Both the position numbers and the translations under genes were made by a program. Below the pieces are notes generated by a model. It worked only from the letters and a program-made list of their open reading frames with translations, did no database searches and was not told the origin of the DNA. 64,000 nt of DNA, taken from contig JALXBF010000179.1 of the NCBI GenBank assembly GCA_026991575.1, positions 1-64,000 on the forward strand, written 5' to 3'. The stretch comes from Planctomycetota bacterium (GTDB lineage: Bacteria; Planctomycetota; Planctomycetia; JALXBF01). This document shows positions 19,071-29,376 of this stretch, in pieces (position 1 is the first letter of the stretch; every line of letters begins with the position of its first letter).

Positions 19071-19085
19071 GGCTTCGCCCCCAGG

Positions 19086-22000
19086 CTAGTTCTTCGTCAC
19101 CACTTCGTCCAGGTTCAGGATCGTATTGGCAACCATCGTCCAGGTTGCCAGCTCGATCGGGTCAAACGAGGGATCGGGCGGATACTCGCCAATGGCGATC
19201 AGTTTCCGCGCTTCGTCAGGGTGTGCAGCGTAGATCTCGTGCAGGTCCCTGGCTAGATCGATGAGCTCAGCCAGCCGGGTTGCGTCGGGCCAGCGGGCTG
19301 TGCACAACCGGTACATGAACCGAACTCGCTCTTCGGCGGTCGCGCCAGCCTCTCGAAGAGCGCGTTCGGCCAGGCCCCGGGCACACTCCACATATTGAGG
19401 ATCGTTCCAGAGGGCCAGCGCCTGTAGCGGCGTGTTCGTGCGCTCGCGTCGCACACACGTCGACTCGCGCGATGGCGCGTCAAAGATGCTGAGCTGAGGT
19501 GGCGGCGCCGTCCGCTTGATGAACGTGTATACCGTCCGGCGATGCACCTTGTCGTGTCCGGAATCCTTCTTGAATCGGACCGTGTTTGATCCGCTGTAAC
19601 CTACCGCAAACCAGAGTCCATCCGGCTGCGGCGGCTTGACGCTCGGGCCCCCCATCTTCAGGCAGAGCAGGCCGCTGACCGCCAGTGCCTGATCGCGTAG
19701 CATTTCCGCGTCCAGCCGGAAGCGAGGCCCACGTGCTAGTAGCCGGTTTTCTGGATCACGCCGGTACAGCTCCGGCGTGATTCGCGAACTCTGTCGGTAG
19801 GTCGCACTCGTTACGATCAGCCTCATGAACCGCTTCACATCCCACCCGTGATCTTGGAAATCCACGGCTAGCCAGTCCAAGAGCTCGGGGTGGCTAGGCA
19901 GCTCGCCCTGCACGCCAAAGTCCTCCGCCGTCTTGACCAGCCCGACGCCGAAGACCTGTTGCCAGAAGCGGTTCACCGTCACACGCGCCGTCAGCGGGTG
20001 ATCGCGATCCACCAACCACATGGCGAAGCCGAGCCGGTTCTTGGGCATGTCCGGCTTCATGGGCGGCAGGATCGCGGGCGTTGCCCGGTCGACGCGGTCA
20101 CGCGGTTTGTCGTACTCGCCGCGGTACAAAATGAAGGCTGGCTTGGGCTGCTTCCGCTCACGGAAGATCAGCGTGGTGGCGATCTGTCGATCCAGGTCGG
20201 TGCGGGCTTTGCGCAGAGCGGCCAGCTGCTGGCGCACCTCGACCAACTCGGGCAGCTGACAGACTTTGTTGCGGAAGTGGTCCCGTAGCCGGGCTTTCTG
20301 TTCATCGGTCCGTTTCTCGGCGGGCACCTTCAGAATCTCGGCCAACTCGGGCGGCACCGACGCTGCCTGGTCAAGCACCTTGAAGTAGTAACCGCTCCCT
20401 CCTCCGTAGTTGATGATCTTGATCAGCAAGTGGTTGTCTCCTTTTTCCAGCGACAGCTCCACCGTGTCCTGGTCCGGAGCTACGCCGCGGTGGACGTTCT
20501 TCTGAAAGACCAACTTGCCGTTCAAATACACCTTGATCGCATCGTCGCTTCCCAGCGATACCTTTACCTTCCGCGGTTCCGCTGCAACGATCTTGCGATA
20601 CAGGAAGTTGGCGGCTTCGTTCCCAGGCAGGTCGGTGTGCACTTTCCCGTCAGCCCAGTCCGGTCGGTGCTGCCACTTCAGTTCACCCGCGGCGGTCTTA
20701 AACGTTTGCGACAGGTCGATCGGCTTGCCTTCCGGCCCGTGCTTCCGACTCCACAGGTAGCGTTTCACCGAGCCGAACGGTCCGACCCAGTACCAGTCGC
20801 CCAGAGCCAGTTCCGCCCGCTCCTTCGCCAGCTCTGCCAGCACGGCAGCCTCCCATTCGCGCTGGGCCTGGTCGACCGCCGGCCACGGCTCACGCAACTT
20901 CTGCTCCAACGCCTCGATCTGCCGCTCTAACGCTGCCATCCTCCGGCGCTGCTCACGGGTCGGGACCTTGATCACCGGCGGCGGGTCCTTGCGGTTGCCA
21001 TCCATGGGGCTGCCGTCCAGACTGTTGAAGAACGCAAACATAGAGTAGAAGTCTTTCATCGTGAACGGGTCGTACTTGTGGTCGTGGCAGCGAGCACAGT
21101 CGAAGGTCAGTCCCATGAACACGGTGGCTGTCGTGACGACCCGATCCACCACGTTCCGCACGTACACCTCTTCGACGATCGAGCCACCCTCGTTGGTAGT
21201 GACATGGGCTCGATTGAAGCCGGTGGCAACCAGCTGGTCCAGCGTCGGGTTCGGCAGCAGGTCGCCCGCAAGCTGCCAAATGATGAACTGGTCGTACGGC
21301 AGGTTCTGGTTGAATGCTTTGATCACCCAGTCCCGATACGGCCACATCTCCCGGTAATTGTCCAGGTGCAAGCCGTGTGTGTCGCCGTAGCGCGCGGCAT
21401 CCAACCAGAACCGAGCCATATGCTCGCCGTACCGGGGCGAGGCGAGCAATCGGTCTACGAGCCGCTCATACGCATCGGGCCGATCGTCCCGCAGGAATGC
21501 GTCGACCTCTGCAGGTGTCGGAGGTAAGCCGGTCAGGTCAAACGTGACGCGGCGAATCAGCGTCTCCTTGTCGGCCTCTGGCGATGGACTGAGCCCCTCG
21601 CGTTCGAGCCGGGCCAAGATGAAACGGTCGATCGGGTTTCGGCACCAGCTGCGGTCACCTACCTGGGGGACCGTCGGCTTAACCGGAGTTTGATAGGCCC
21701 AATGTTCCTGCCACGGCGCCCCCTGCTCGATCCAGCGTCTCAGTACCTCGATATCCTGTTCCGTCAGCTGCTGCTCGGCCGACGGTGGTGGCATGCGATA
21801 GTCGGGCTGCTTGCTGGTGATGCGCACGAACAGCTCGCTCTCTTGCGGCTTCCCGGGCACGACGACAAGCCGGCCGGAGTTCGTCTTGCGTTTCAAACCG
21901 TCAGCGACATCCAGTCGGAGATTTGCCTTGCGTGACGCGGCGTCCGGGCCGTGGCACTGGAAGCAGTGCGTGGCCAGGATCGGGCGGACATCGCGGATGA

Positions 22001-22103
22001 AGTCGACTGGGGCCGGCTGTGCCCACGCCGGCACCGATAGTACAAGGCTGAAAAGCAAAAAGCTGATCAGGAAAACCCCAAGGTTCCGGACCACGGTGGG
22101 CAT
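19086..22103 (-). CDS. Planctomycete cytochrome c + DUF1549 + DUF1553 (PSD1) protein with a PA14-like insert
   Basis: [43 protein letters not shown] and NTPLQAL. The start is probably MPTVVRN. Confidence 0.9.
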   Translation of the reverse strand: MPTVVRNLGVFLISFLLFSLVLSVPAWAQPAPVDFIRDVRPILATHCFQCHGPDAASRKANLRLDVADGLKRKTNSGRLVVVPGKPQESELFVRITSKQPDYRMPPPSAEQQLTEQDIEVLRRWIEQGAPWQEHWAYQTPVKPTVPQVGDRSWCRNPIDRFILARLEREGLSPSPEADKETLIRRVTFDLTGLPPTPAEVDAFLRDDRPDAYERLVDRLLASPRYGEHMARFWLDAARYGDTHGLHLDNYREMWPYRDWVIKAFNQNLPYDQFIIWQLAGDLLPNPTLDQLVATGFNRAHVTTNEGGSIVEEVYVRNVVDRVVTTATVFMGLTFDCARCHDHKYDPFTMKDFYSMFAFFNSLDGSPMDGNRKDPPPVIKVPTREQRRRMAALERQIEALEQKLREPWPAVDQAQREWEAAVLAELAKERAELALGDWYWVGPFGSVKRYLWSRKHGPEGKPIDLSQTFKTAAGELKWQHRPDWADGKVHTDLPGNEAANFLYRKIVAAEPRKVKVSLGSDDAIKVYLNGKLVFQKNVHRGVAPDQDTVELSLEKGDNHLLIKIINYGGGSGYYFKVLDQAASVPPELAEILKVPAEKRTDEQKARLRDHFRNKVCQLPELVEVRQQLAALRKARTDLDRQIATTLIFRERKQPKPAFILYRGEYDKPRDRVDRATPAILPPMKPDMPKNRLGFAMWLVDRDHPLTARVTVNRFWQQVFGVGLVKTAEDFGVQGELPSHPELLDWLAVDFQDHGWDVKRFMRLIVTSATYRQSSRITPELYRRDPENRLLARGPRFRLDAEMLRDQALAVSGLLCLKMGGPSVKPPQPDGLWFAVGYSGSNTVRFKKDSGHDKVHRRTVYTFIKRTAPPPQLSIFDAPSRESTCVRRERTNTPLQALALWNDPQYVECARGLAERALREAGATAEERVRFMYRLCTARWPDATRLAELIDLARDLHEIYAAHPDEARKLIAIGEYPPDPSFDPIELATWTMVANTILNLDEVVTKN

Positions 22104-22330
22104 CGGTTTTTCCTCCGGCTCGCCGTGCAGCTGAGGCCCGGCCGCCGCGGCAGGCACCGCCACAGGGCTTCGGGGATCTTCGGCGAGTCGCTCGGTTGCA
22201 TGGTGGGCCGAGTCATCGTTATATTAACGCCGGTTGATCCATGCAGCAACTTGCCCGCCGGTGGCGCGGGCGACCGTGGTACCTGCTCGCGACGCCGGTG
22301 CACGAAGCGTCGACCGGAAAGGAGCCACTG

Positions 22331-24715
22331 ATGACTGCCCGTTCCAAGGTTGCCAGAATGGGCGTTGTTCTGATCGCAGCGGCTACGGCTGTTGTCGCCT
22401 GCCTGCAACAGCGCGGGCGGGCCGACAAGACGGCCGACAACCGCTGGGCGGTCCGGGCCGATGCGCTGTGGGCGTTTCGCCCTGTTCGTTCCCCCGTGCC
22501 CCCGCCAGTGGTCGGAGCGGCCAGCCCAATCGACGCATTCATCGATGCCAGACTCGCCGAGAAGAAGCTCCGGCCAGCTCCCCAAGCCGATCGCCGCACG
22601 CTGATCCGTCGGATTTACTTTGACCTACTTGGTATCCCGCCGACTGCTGCGGAGGTCGAGCGGTTTCTCCAGGACGATCGCCCGGACGCATGGAGCCGGC
22701 TGGTCGACCGGCTGCTGGCCAGCCCGCGCTACGGCGAACAGTGGGGCAGGCACTGGCTGGATGTGGTCCGCTACGCCGACACAGCCGGCTTTTCGAATGA
22801 CTTTGAGCGTCCGAACGCCTGGCGGTACCGCGACTACGTCATTCGATCGTTGAACCGGGACAAACCGTTTAATCGGTTCTTGATCGAGCAGGTTGCCGGT
22901 GATGAGCTTGACGGCAGGGATCCAGAGCTGCTCGTCGCCACCGGGTTCCTACGCATGGGGCCGTGGGAGCACACGGGGATGAGCGTTAAGGCGGTCACGC
23001 GGCAGCTGTTCCTGGACGACGTGACCCATTCGTTCGGCGTTACGTTCCTAGGACTGACACTTCGCTGCGCGCGCTGCCACGATCACAAGTTCGATCCGAT
23101 TCCCATGGCCGATTACTACGCGATTCAGGCTTGCTTCGCCACGACGCAGTTAGCCGAGCGGCCGGCCCCGTTCGTGCGCGGTGAAACCACGACGCGGTTC
23201 GCGGCGGAGCGCGAGCGTATCCGCAGGAAACTTCGCTGGATCGAGCAGGAGCTTCAGAAACTGCGCGAGGTAAACCGCCGTGCGGTGGCCGAGTTCCTAA
23301 AGCAGCACGGCTACCAGCGGCTGCAGGACGTGCCGCTGGAGCAACGGCCCACAACGCTCTACGGGCTCAGTGCGAAACAACGTGGCCTGCAGCGGATGTT
23401 CAGCAAGTGGCGCGTCTACTATCGTCGTGCCCTCCGCCGCTACGAACCTCTTGCCCTGTCGGTCTTCAACGGCCCCGACAACGATTATCGCTCCGACCGC
23501 CTGGACAACCGGATGACCAAGCCGTCGCCGGGACAGCAGCCGCCCGTGACTCACATTTTGCCCGGCGGCGACCTGGCCCATCCGGCTGCTCCAGTGCAAC
23601 CGGGGGTGCTCTCGGCGGTGACTGAGCACGCCCCGGATTCGGCTCCTGCTTACCCGTTCCCCACCGGATGGACCGGTCGACGGCTGGCGCTGGCTCGCTG
23701 GGCAGCCGACGACAACAACCCCTTGACCCCGCGGGTCATCGCGAACCGCGTGTGGCAGTACCACTTCGGGAATCTCGGTCTGGTGCGTACGCCGAACAAC
23801 TTCGGCGCGATGGGGGATCGGCCGTCGCATCCGTTGCTGCTGGACTTTCTGGCCCGCTACCTGATTGAGCACGGCTGGTCGCTGAAGCGGCTGCATCGGT
23901 TGATCCTTTGTTCGGACGTATACCGCCGGGCATCCGAGCATCCGAACATGGCTGCCGTCCGCTCGGCGGATCCGCAGAACCGACTCTTCGCGTACTTCCC
24001 GCCCCGAAGGCTGGAGGCAGAAGAGCTGCGTGACGCCATGCTTTTCGCCTCCGGTGAGCTGAACCTTACCATGGGCGGGCCGGGGGCGTTGGAGGAGATC
24101 GATTGGGATGTTGCCCTGCAGCCGCGCCACATCATGGGCACGGTTGCCCCTGCGTATCAGCCTGACCCGAGGCGGGCAGACCGACACCGTCGGTCGATCT
24201 ATCTGTTCCGCATCCGCACGCTGCGCGACCCATTCATGGAAGTTTTCAACCAACCGGACCCGGCCAAATCGTGCCCGCGGCGGGACGAGTCGACAGTCGC
24301 CACGCAGGTGTTTGCTCTGTTCAATAGCCGCTGGAGCCTGGCACGGAGCGTAGCCATGGCGCGGCGCATCGCTCGTGCTGCCGACACAGATCGGCAACGA
24401 ATCCAGCTTGCGTTTCGCCTGGCCTTCCAGCGTGACCCGATACCGGAAGAGTTGCTGCTGTGCGGTGAGTTCCTCGATCGAGCACGCCGTTACCTGTCGG
24501 AGTCGGCACCGGTACGCTGGTGGCTGCCGAAGGTCGTCGAACGACACATGATTGAGGAGGTAGCGGGCGTCGAGTACAGTTGGACCGAAACGCTCGACCG
24601 GATGGCGAACTACGAGCCCGATCCGGCCCCGGCCGATGTGCCGTTGGACGTACGGGCATTGGCTGAGCTGTGCCATGCCTTGCTTAACAGTAACGAGTTC
24701 GTGTACGTGTACTGA
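22331..24715 (+). CDS. DUF1549/DUF1553 (PSD1) domain protein
   Basis: [37 protein letters not shown] and a C-terminal LLNSNEFVYV. The start is uncertain. Confidence 0.9.
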   Translation: MTARSKVARMGVVLIAAATAVVACLQQRGRADKTADNRWAVRADALWAFRPVRSPVPPPVVGAASPIDAFIDARLAEKKLRPAPQADRRTLIRRIYFDLLGIPPTAAEVERFLQDDRPDAWSRLVDRLLASPRYGEQWGRHWLDVVRYADTAGFSNDFERPNAWRYRDYVIRSLNRDKPFNRFLIEQVAGDELDGRDPELLVATGFLRMGPWEHTGMSVKAVTRQLFLDDVTHSFGVTFLGLTLRCARCHDHKFDPIPMADYYAIQACFATTQLAERPAPFVRGETTTRFAAERERIRRKLRWIEQELQKLREVNRRAVAEFLKQHGYQRLQDVPLEQRPTTLYGLSAKQRGLQRMFSKWRVYYRRALRRYEPLALSVFNGPDNDYRSDRLDNRMTKPSPGQQPPVTHILPGGDLAHPAAPVQPGVLSAVTEHAPDSAPAYPFPTGWTGRRLALARWAADDNNPLTPRVIANRVWQYHFGNLGLVRTPNNFGAMGDRPSHPLLLDFLARYLIEHGWSLKRLHRLILCSDVYRRASEHPNMAAVRSADPQNRLFAYFPPRRLEAEELRDAMLFASGELNLTMGGPGALEEIDWDVALQPRHIMGTVAPAYQPDPRRADRHRRSIYLFRIRTLRDPFMEVFNQPDPAKSCPRRDESTVATQVFALFNSRWSLARSVAMARRIARAADTDRQRIQLAFRLAFQRDPIPEELLLCGEFLDRARRYLSESAPVRWWLPKVVERHMIEEVAGVEYSWTETLDRMANYEPDPAPADVPLDVRALAELCHALLNSNEFVYVY

Positions 24716-24828
24716 GCGAGCTGGCACGGTGGTCCGGGTCAAAAAGCCGCGCGACCAGGATGGCGGACGTTGTGTCGGCGGCCGATGGGACACCAGAGTT
24801 GGTGGTTGACGGTATACGAGGCGGGAAC

Positions 24829-26263
24829 CATGACTGATCGGCTTTCGCGCGAGACCGTGGCCGCGTTCTGGACAATGAAACGCCGGGAGTTCCTTTACGG
24901 CCTGGGCATGACACTGGGTACGGCCGTCTTCAACGCGCTAGTCCAGGCGGAGGAACGATCGGCACGAAGTCCACTTGCACCCAGGCCAGGTCATCACCGC
25001 AGCCGTGCCCGCGCGTGCATCTTCCTGTTCATGGAAGGGGGGCCAAGCCACATCGACACCTTCGATCCAAAACCCGCCCTGGAGCGGCTGCACTTGAAGC
25101 GATTTGTCCGCCGCGACAAGTTCGCTTCGGCCATGGCCAGCGGAACCCGCTACTTCGTCCGCAGCCCGTTCCGGTTCCGCCGTGTGGGCGAGGCCGGTAT
25201 CCCGATGTGCGAGCACTGGGTGCATCTGGCGGAGGTCGCCGACGAGCTGTGCATCTACCACGGTTTGCAAGCAGAATCGATCAACCATCCAACCGCCTGC
25301 TATCACATGAACACCGGGAACCGCTTCGGTGGCGATCCGGCCATCGGCGCGTGGGTCGCCTACGGTCTTGGGACGTTGAATCAGAACCTGCCCGCGTTCG
25401 TGGTGTTGCCGGAGGTCAACTACCCGCAGGGCGGTGCGGCGAACTGGTCCAACGGATTCCTGCCTGCCTATTACCAGGGCACCCCGTTCCGTGCCGAAGG
25501 AGCGCCGGTGTTGAACGTGACCCCGCCACCAGGGGTCATGCGCCACCATCAGCGTGAGAAGCTCGACCTACTTCGACAGCTCAATGAGTTCCACCGGCGT
25601 CGCCACCCGAGTCACGACGAACTGGTTGCCCGATTAGAAACGTACGAGTTGGCATTCCGCATGCAGATGGAAGTGCCGGCGATTGTGGACCTGTCCGGTG
25701 AGGACGAGAAGACGCTGGAGATGTATGGCATTGGCCAGCGGGAAACGGACAGCTTCGGTCGCCGCTGCCTGCTGGCGCGCAGGCTAGTTGAGCGCGGTGT
25801 CCGGTTCGTACAGATCTACTCGTCCGGCTGGGACTCGCACGATCGGATCGCGGCGGGCCACGCATCGCGGATCCGGGCGGTCGATCGGCCGATCGCCGCA
25901 CTCATTAAGGATCTCAAGCGGCGCGGCTTGCTCGAGGAGACGCTGGTGGTCTGGGCCGGTGAGTTCGGGCGGTCGCCGGACAATGGCATTCGCGGCGGCG
26001 GTCTTGCCTATGGTCGCGACCACAACGCGGACGCCATGGTAGTGTGGCTGGCCGGAGGCGGAGTGGCTGCCGGAAAGATCGTCGGGGCCACGGATGAACT
26101 GGGTGCGAAAGCCGTCGAGGTCGTACACCCTATCAAAGACTTCCACGTAACGCTTCTGCACCTGCTCGGTCTGGATGATTCCAAGCTGCGCTACTTCCAC
26201 GAAGGTCGCTTCAAGCAGCTCAGCCAGACGGGTGGCCAGGTGATTAGCGAGTTGCTGGCCTGA
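24829..26263 (+). CDS. DUF1501 Tat-exported protein
   Basis: KRREFL, IFLFMEGGPSHIDTFDPKP, GWDSH, GEFGRSP and GRDHN. Confidence 0.9.
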
Positions 26264-26516
26264 TCGCCGGCACGACGGCCCGAGGCGCGGCACCTTGCTC
26301 GCGGTGCCGTGGGCCGTCTGGTGCGCCTCCTGTGTGGCGGTGCAATGTTTCCCCTCCCCCGCGTGGGCTCCGGCGCCTGCGAGGAACTAAGCCGCTCGCC
26401 ACGACGCCGTGCTGTCGCGACCGGGGGCCCCCTGTGCGCCTGAGCACGCCGTGACCTATCATGAACGCCGGGGGTGCGCGCTCCTTGAGTAACCAGCAGG
26501 AAGGAGAACGAGCACG

Positions 26517-27374
26517 ATGGCAATCATCGACGCGCACGTACACCTTTGGCACCAGGACGCTTCCCGGTACCCGAACAAGCCGTGGGTGATGGGTGAGCTG
26601 CCCGACATCGACGGCACGGCCGAGCGGCTGATTGCGGCCATGGATGATGCCGGTGTGGCCTGGGCGCTGAACGTGCAGGTGCCATGGTACGGTGAAGACA
26701 ACCGGTACCACCGCGACGTGCTAAAGCAGTATCCAAGACGGTTCGCACTGCTGTCGGTTCTTGACGATCTGGAGTCGGCGGACGCGGTTGAACGGCTCGA
26801 GCGCCAGGTCAGGGAAGAGCATTCCGTCGGTTTCCGGATCCATTTCTGCGAGCCCGGCAGACGTGAGCAGGCGCTGCAGGGGGTGTTTGACCCGCTGCTG
26901 GCCAAGTCCGCTGAGCTAGGGACCGTGGTGCAGTTGCTGTCATGGATGGAAGACCTGCCCGCGATCCGCCGGATGGTGGAGGCATTTCCCGAGACTGTGT
27001 TCGTGATCGATCACCTCTGCCACGCCGACGTCACCGAATCGCCGCCCTTCCCGTCGGCAGCCCCGCTGTTTGAACTGGGCCGCTTCGAGAACGTCTACAT
27101 GAAGGTCTCGCTTCTGTGCGACCTTTCCGCGCTCGACTATCCGTACCCGGATGTGCAAGCGTTCGTGCAGGAGTTGCTCAAGCATTGGCCGGCGCGGCGA
27201 TTGATGTGGGGGTCGAACTTTCCGCTGATCCCCGAGGTGCGTACCGAGCAGCCGGTGGACTACAGGCGCTCGTTGGAGTTGGTTCGCTCCGACTGGCCCT
27301 GGCTCTCCGATGAAGACAAGGAGTGGATCCTGGGCCGAACGGCCCACGAACTCTTCGGCCATGCTGTCCGCTGA
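26517..27374 (+). CDS. Amidohydrolase family protein (Amidohydro_2; sugar-lactonase-like)
   Basis: IIDAHVHLW, VIDHL, NVYMKVS and LMWGSNFP; AGGAG RBS. Confidence 0.85.
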   Translation: MAIIDAHVHLWHQDASRYPNKPWVMGELPDIDGTAERLIAAMDDAGVAWALNVQVPWYGEDNRYHRDVLKQYPRRFALLSVLDDLESADAVERLERQVREEHSVGFRIHFCEPGRREQALQGVFDPLLAKSAELGTVVQLLSWMEDLPAIRRMVEAFPETVFVIDHLCHADVTESPPFPSAAPLFELGRFENVYMKVSLLCDLSALDYPYPDVQAFVQELLKHWPARRLMWGSNFPLIPEVRTEQPVDYRRSLELVRSDWPWLSDEDKEWILGRTAHELFGHAVR

Positions 27375-27545
27375 GAAGGCCGCGAGAAGTCAGGTCGCAT
27401 AACCCCCGCGTGCCGCCATGTGACGGCCGACAGGCCGGTACCCGGGGAGCGGTGGCGCAGTCGGCAGCCAGGCCCGGCCGATCAAGCCGGTGAACGAAAC
27501 TCCGGTCTGCCCGCCGGCCGCTGGAGGCGGGGACGAAAGAGGGGC

Positions 27546-29174
27546 TCAGCCTTGCTGAGCAAGCGTTTCGGCAATCCAGCGCTGGGGAATCGACCCGAAG
27601 CTGAGAAGCCACCGGTGGAACTTGCGAAGAGCGCCCTCAGGGTGGCGGCGGCGGTATTGCTCGCGGAGGGCCAGCGTCTGGTGTTTGCCCAGCATGTAGC
27701 TCATCGGCGTGCCAGGACTCTGGGTGTACCACGTCAGTTCGGTGCGCGCCCTCAAGTGCGAGAAGCCAAGGCGATCCACCAGCAGCTGAATCGCATCGGT
27801 TACCGTCATCCGACCGGTCTGAACGCTGGTGTCGATCAGCACACGATAGGCACGCCACAGCTGCGCGTGCAGGTATTCGAGCTCCATGAGCGGGTCCTCG
27901 AACAGACCTAGCTCCTGGACAAGCTGTTCGCAGTACAGCGTCCAGCCTTCGATGAAAACAATGTGATGCGCTAGCCGTCGAATCATGCTCTGAACCTGGT
28001 TTGCCCAGCACAACTGCACGTGGTGACCCGGATAAGCCTCGTGTACGCAGGTGGCTTCCAGGCCAAAGTGCTGCCCGACGTTCACGCGGTATTCGTCGGG
28101 ATCGAGAGCCGGATCGGGCACGCTGACGTAGAAGATACCGAGTTGAGGTTGCTCAAATGGCCCGGGAGCTGAGTACGCGGCCGTTGGGATGAACGGCTTC
28201 AGGAACGCCGGTGTCTCAATCACGTCGCAGCGCTCGTTCGGCGGCAGATCAACGACCCCCTTCTCCTCCAATACGCCGCGCAGCCAGGCTGTCACGCGGC
28301 GATACTCGGCAACCAAATCGTGCTGCTGGCGTGCGAAGCGCTCGCGCGCATCGGCGAGCTGCTGCTGCCATGAGCGGGACGGATCGATACGTGCCGCGGC
28401 TGTTTCAAGCAGCTCCTCCCAGTAGGCAATCTGCTGTTCAGCAAAGCGTTCCAGGTCGGCCGTCGTCCACGACAGACCATGGCCCAGCCTGACAATCTGC
28501 AGCAGGTTGCTTTCCCCAATGGCCGGGTTTTCCACTAACGGTCCGTCTGCCAACCGGCCGAGCCAGTCCATGTAGCCGCGCACGGCGTCCCGCGCGCGCT
28601 CCACCGCCCTAGCCGCCGCGCTCTGTAACCGAGGATGCGCCTCGGTGACGGTGTCTGCGGCGCTCTGCAGAAGTTCGTGCGCGCCGTTAGCCGCCGTCAT
28701 GGCCGCCTCGACCCACAGCCTGGCAGGCTCGCCGATGCGGCTGCGGCCCGCTTCCAGGTATAACGGAACGCGTTCCAAGCGGGCCACAATGGCCTCGGCG
28801 ACGTCGGAATCCTTCAGATCACGCCGCATCAGCAGGTGAAAGATGGCGGCTACCGCCTCTTCAAGCGGCTCAGCCGGATTCCGACGCCACAGCTCGAGCG
28901 ATCCCAACCATAGTTCCTCCAGTTTCAAGTGGGCCTCGAACGTCTGATAGTCAAGCCATGCGTCGGAGCCGGGACCTGGACGGGGAACTTGTTCCAGCCG
29001 GCGAAGCGTCGCACGCGCGAAATCCAGTTGCTCGCCGTAGAGGTCCTCGTCCGGGACTTCCAGCATGGCGTCATACTCGCACAGCCCCACGCGCGACCCT
29101 CGGCTGGGCCAGCGCTGCCACGTCGTGCGGTAATACGCATCCGCCAGATGAAGTAGTGTGTCGTTATCGCTCAT
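27546..29174 (-). CDS. DUF885 family protein
   Basis: HEAYPGHHVQ, FIEGWTLYCE and PGTPMSYMLGK. The start is probably MSDNDT. Confidence 0.85.
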   Translation of the reverse strand: MSDNDTLLHLADAYYRTTWQRWPSRGSRVGLCEYDAMLEVPDEDLYGEQLDFARATLRRLEQVPRPGPGSDAWLDYQTFEAHLKLEELWLGSLELWRRNPAEPLEEAVAAIFHLLMRRDLKDSDVAEAIVARLERVPLYLEAGRSRIGEPARLWVEAAMTAANGAHELLQSAADTVTEAHPRLQSAAARAVERARDAVRGYMDWLGRLADGPLVENPAIGESNLLQIVRLGHGLSWTTADLERFAEQQIAYWEELLETAAARIDPSRSWQQQLADARERFARQQHDLVAEYRRVTAWLRGVLEEKGVVDLPPNERCDVIETPAFLKPFIPTAAYSAPGPFEQPQLGIFYVSVPDPALDPDEYRVNVGQHFGLEATCVHEAYPGHHVQLCWANQVQSMIRRLAHHIVFIEGWTLYCEQLVQELGLFEDPLMELEYLHAQLWRAYRVLIDTSVQTGRMTVTDAIQLLVDRLGFSHLRARTELTWYTQSPGTPMSYMLGKHQTLALREQYRRRHPEGALRKFHRWLLSFGSIPQRWIAETLAQQG

Positions 29175-29376
29175 GCGATCGTCACCATATCGAGTGCGTT
29201 GGGCTGCGGTCACCGCTGCGTGTTGCCTAATGCTAGCATGGTTGGCAACATCCGCAAAACCGGCAGCCTCGGCGCACCCGTGCCGCATCCCTGGGACAAA
29301 CCTCCGATGCGCGGCCCGCTGCTCGTCGATAGCTGCCGTAGAACCAGCCGAATCCTCGGGAACGGAACCGACACGG

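Noticed and set aside
23297..24793. 498-aa minus-strand ORF and other long antisense ORFs (e.g. 48429-49490)
   Set aside because: They overlap well-supported genes on the opposite strand, which is expected at high GC.
29242..29256. TTGGCAACA..CCGCA upstream of fliK and near 53816 as a sigma54 site
   Set aside because: The GG-to-GC spacing is not the required 10 nt, and the orientation relative to the two operons is inconsistent.
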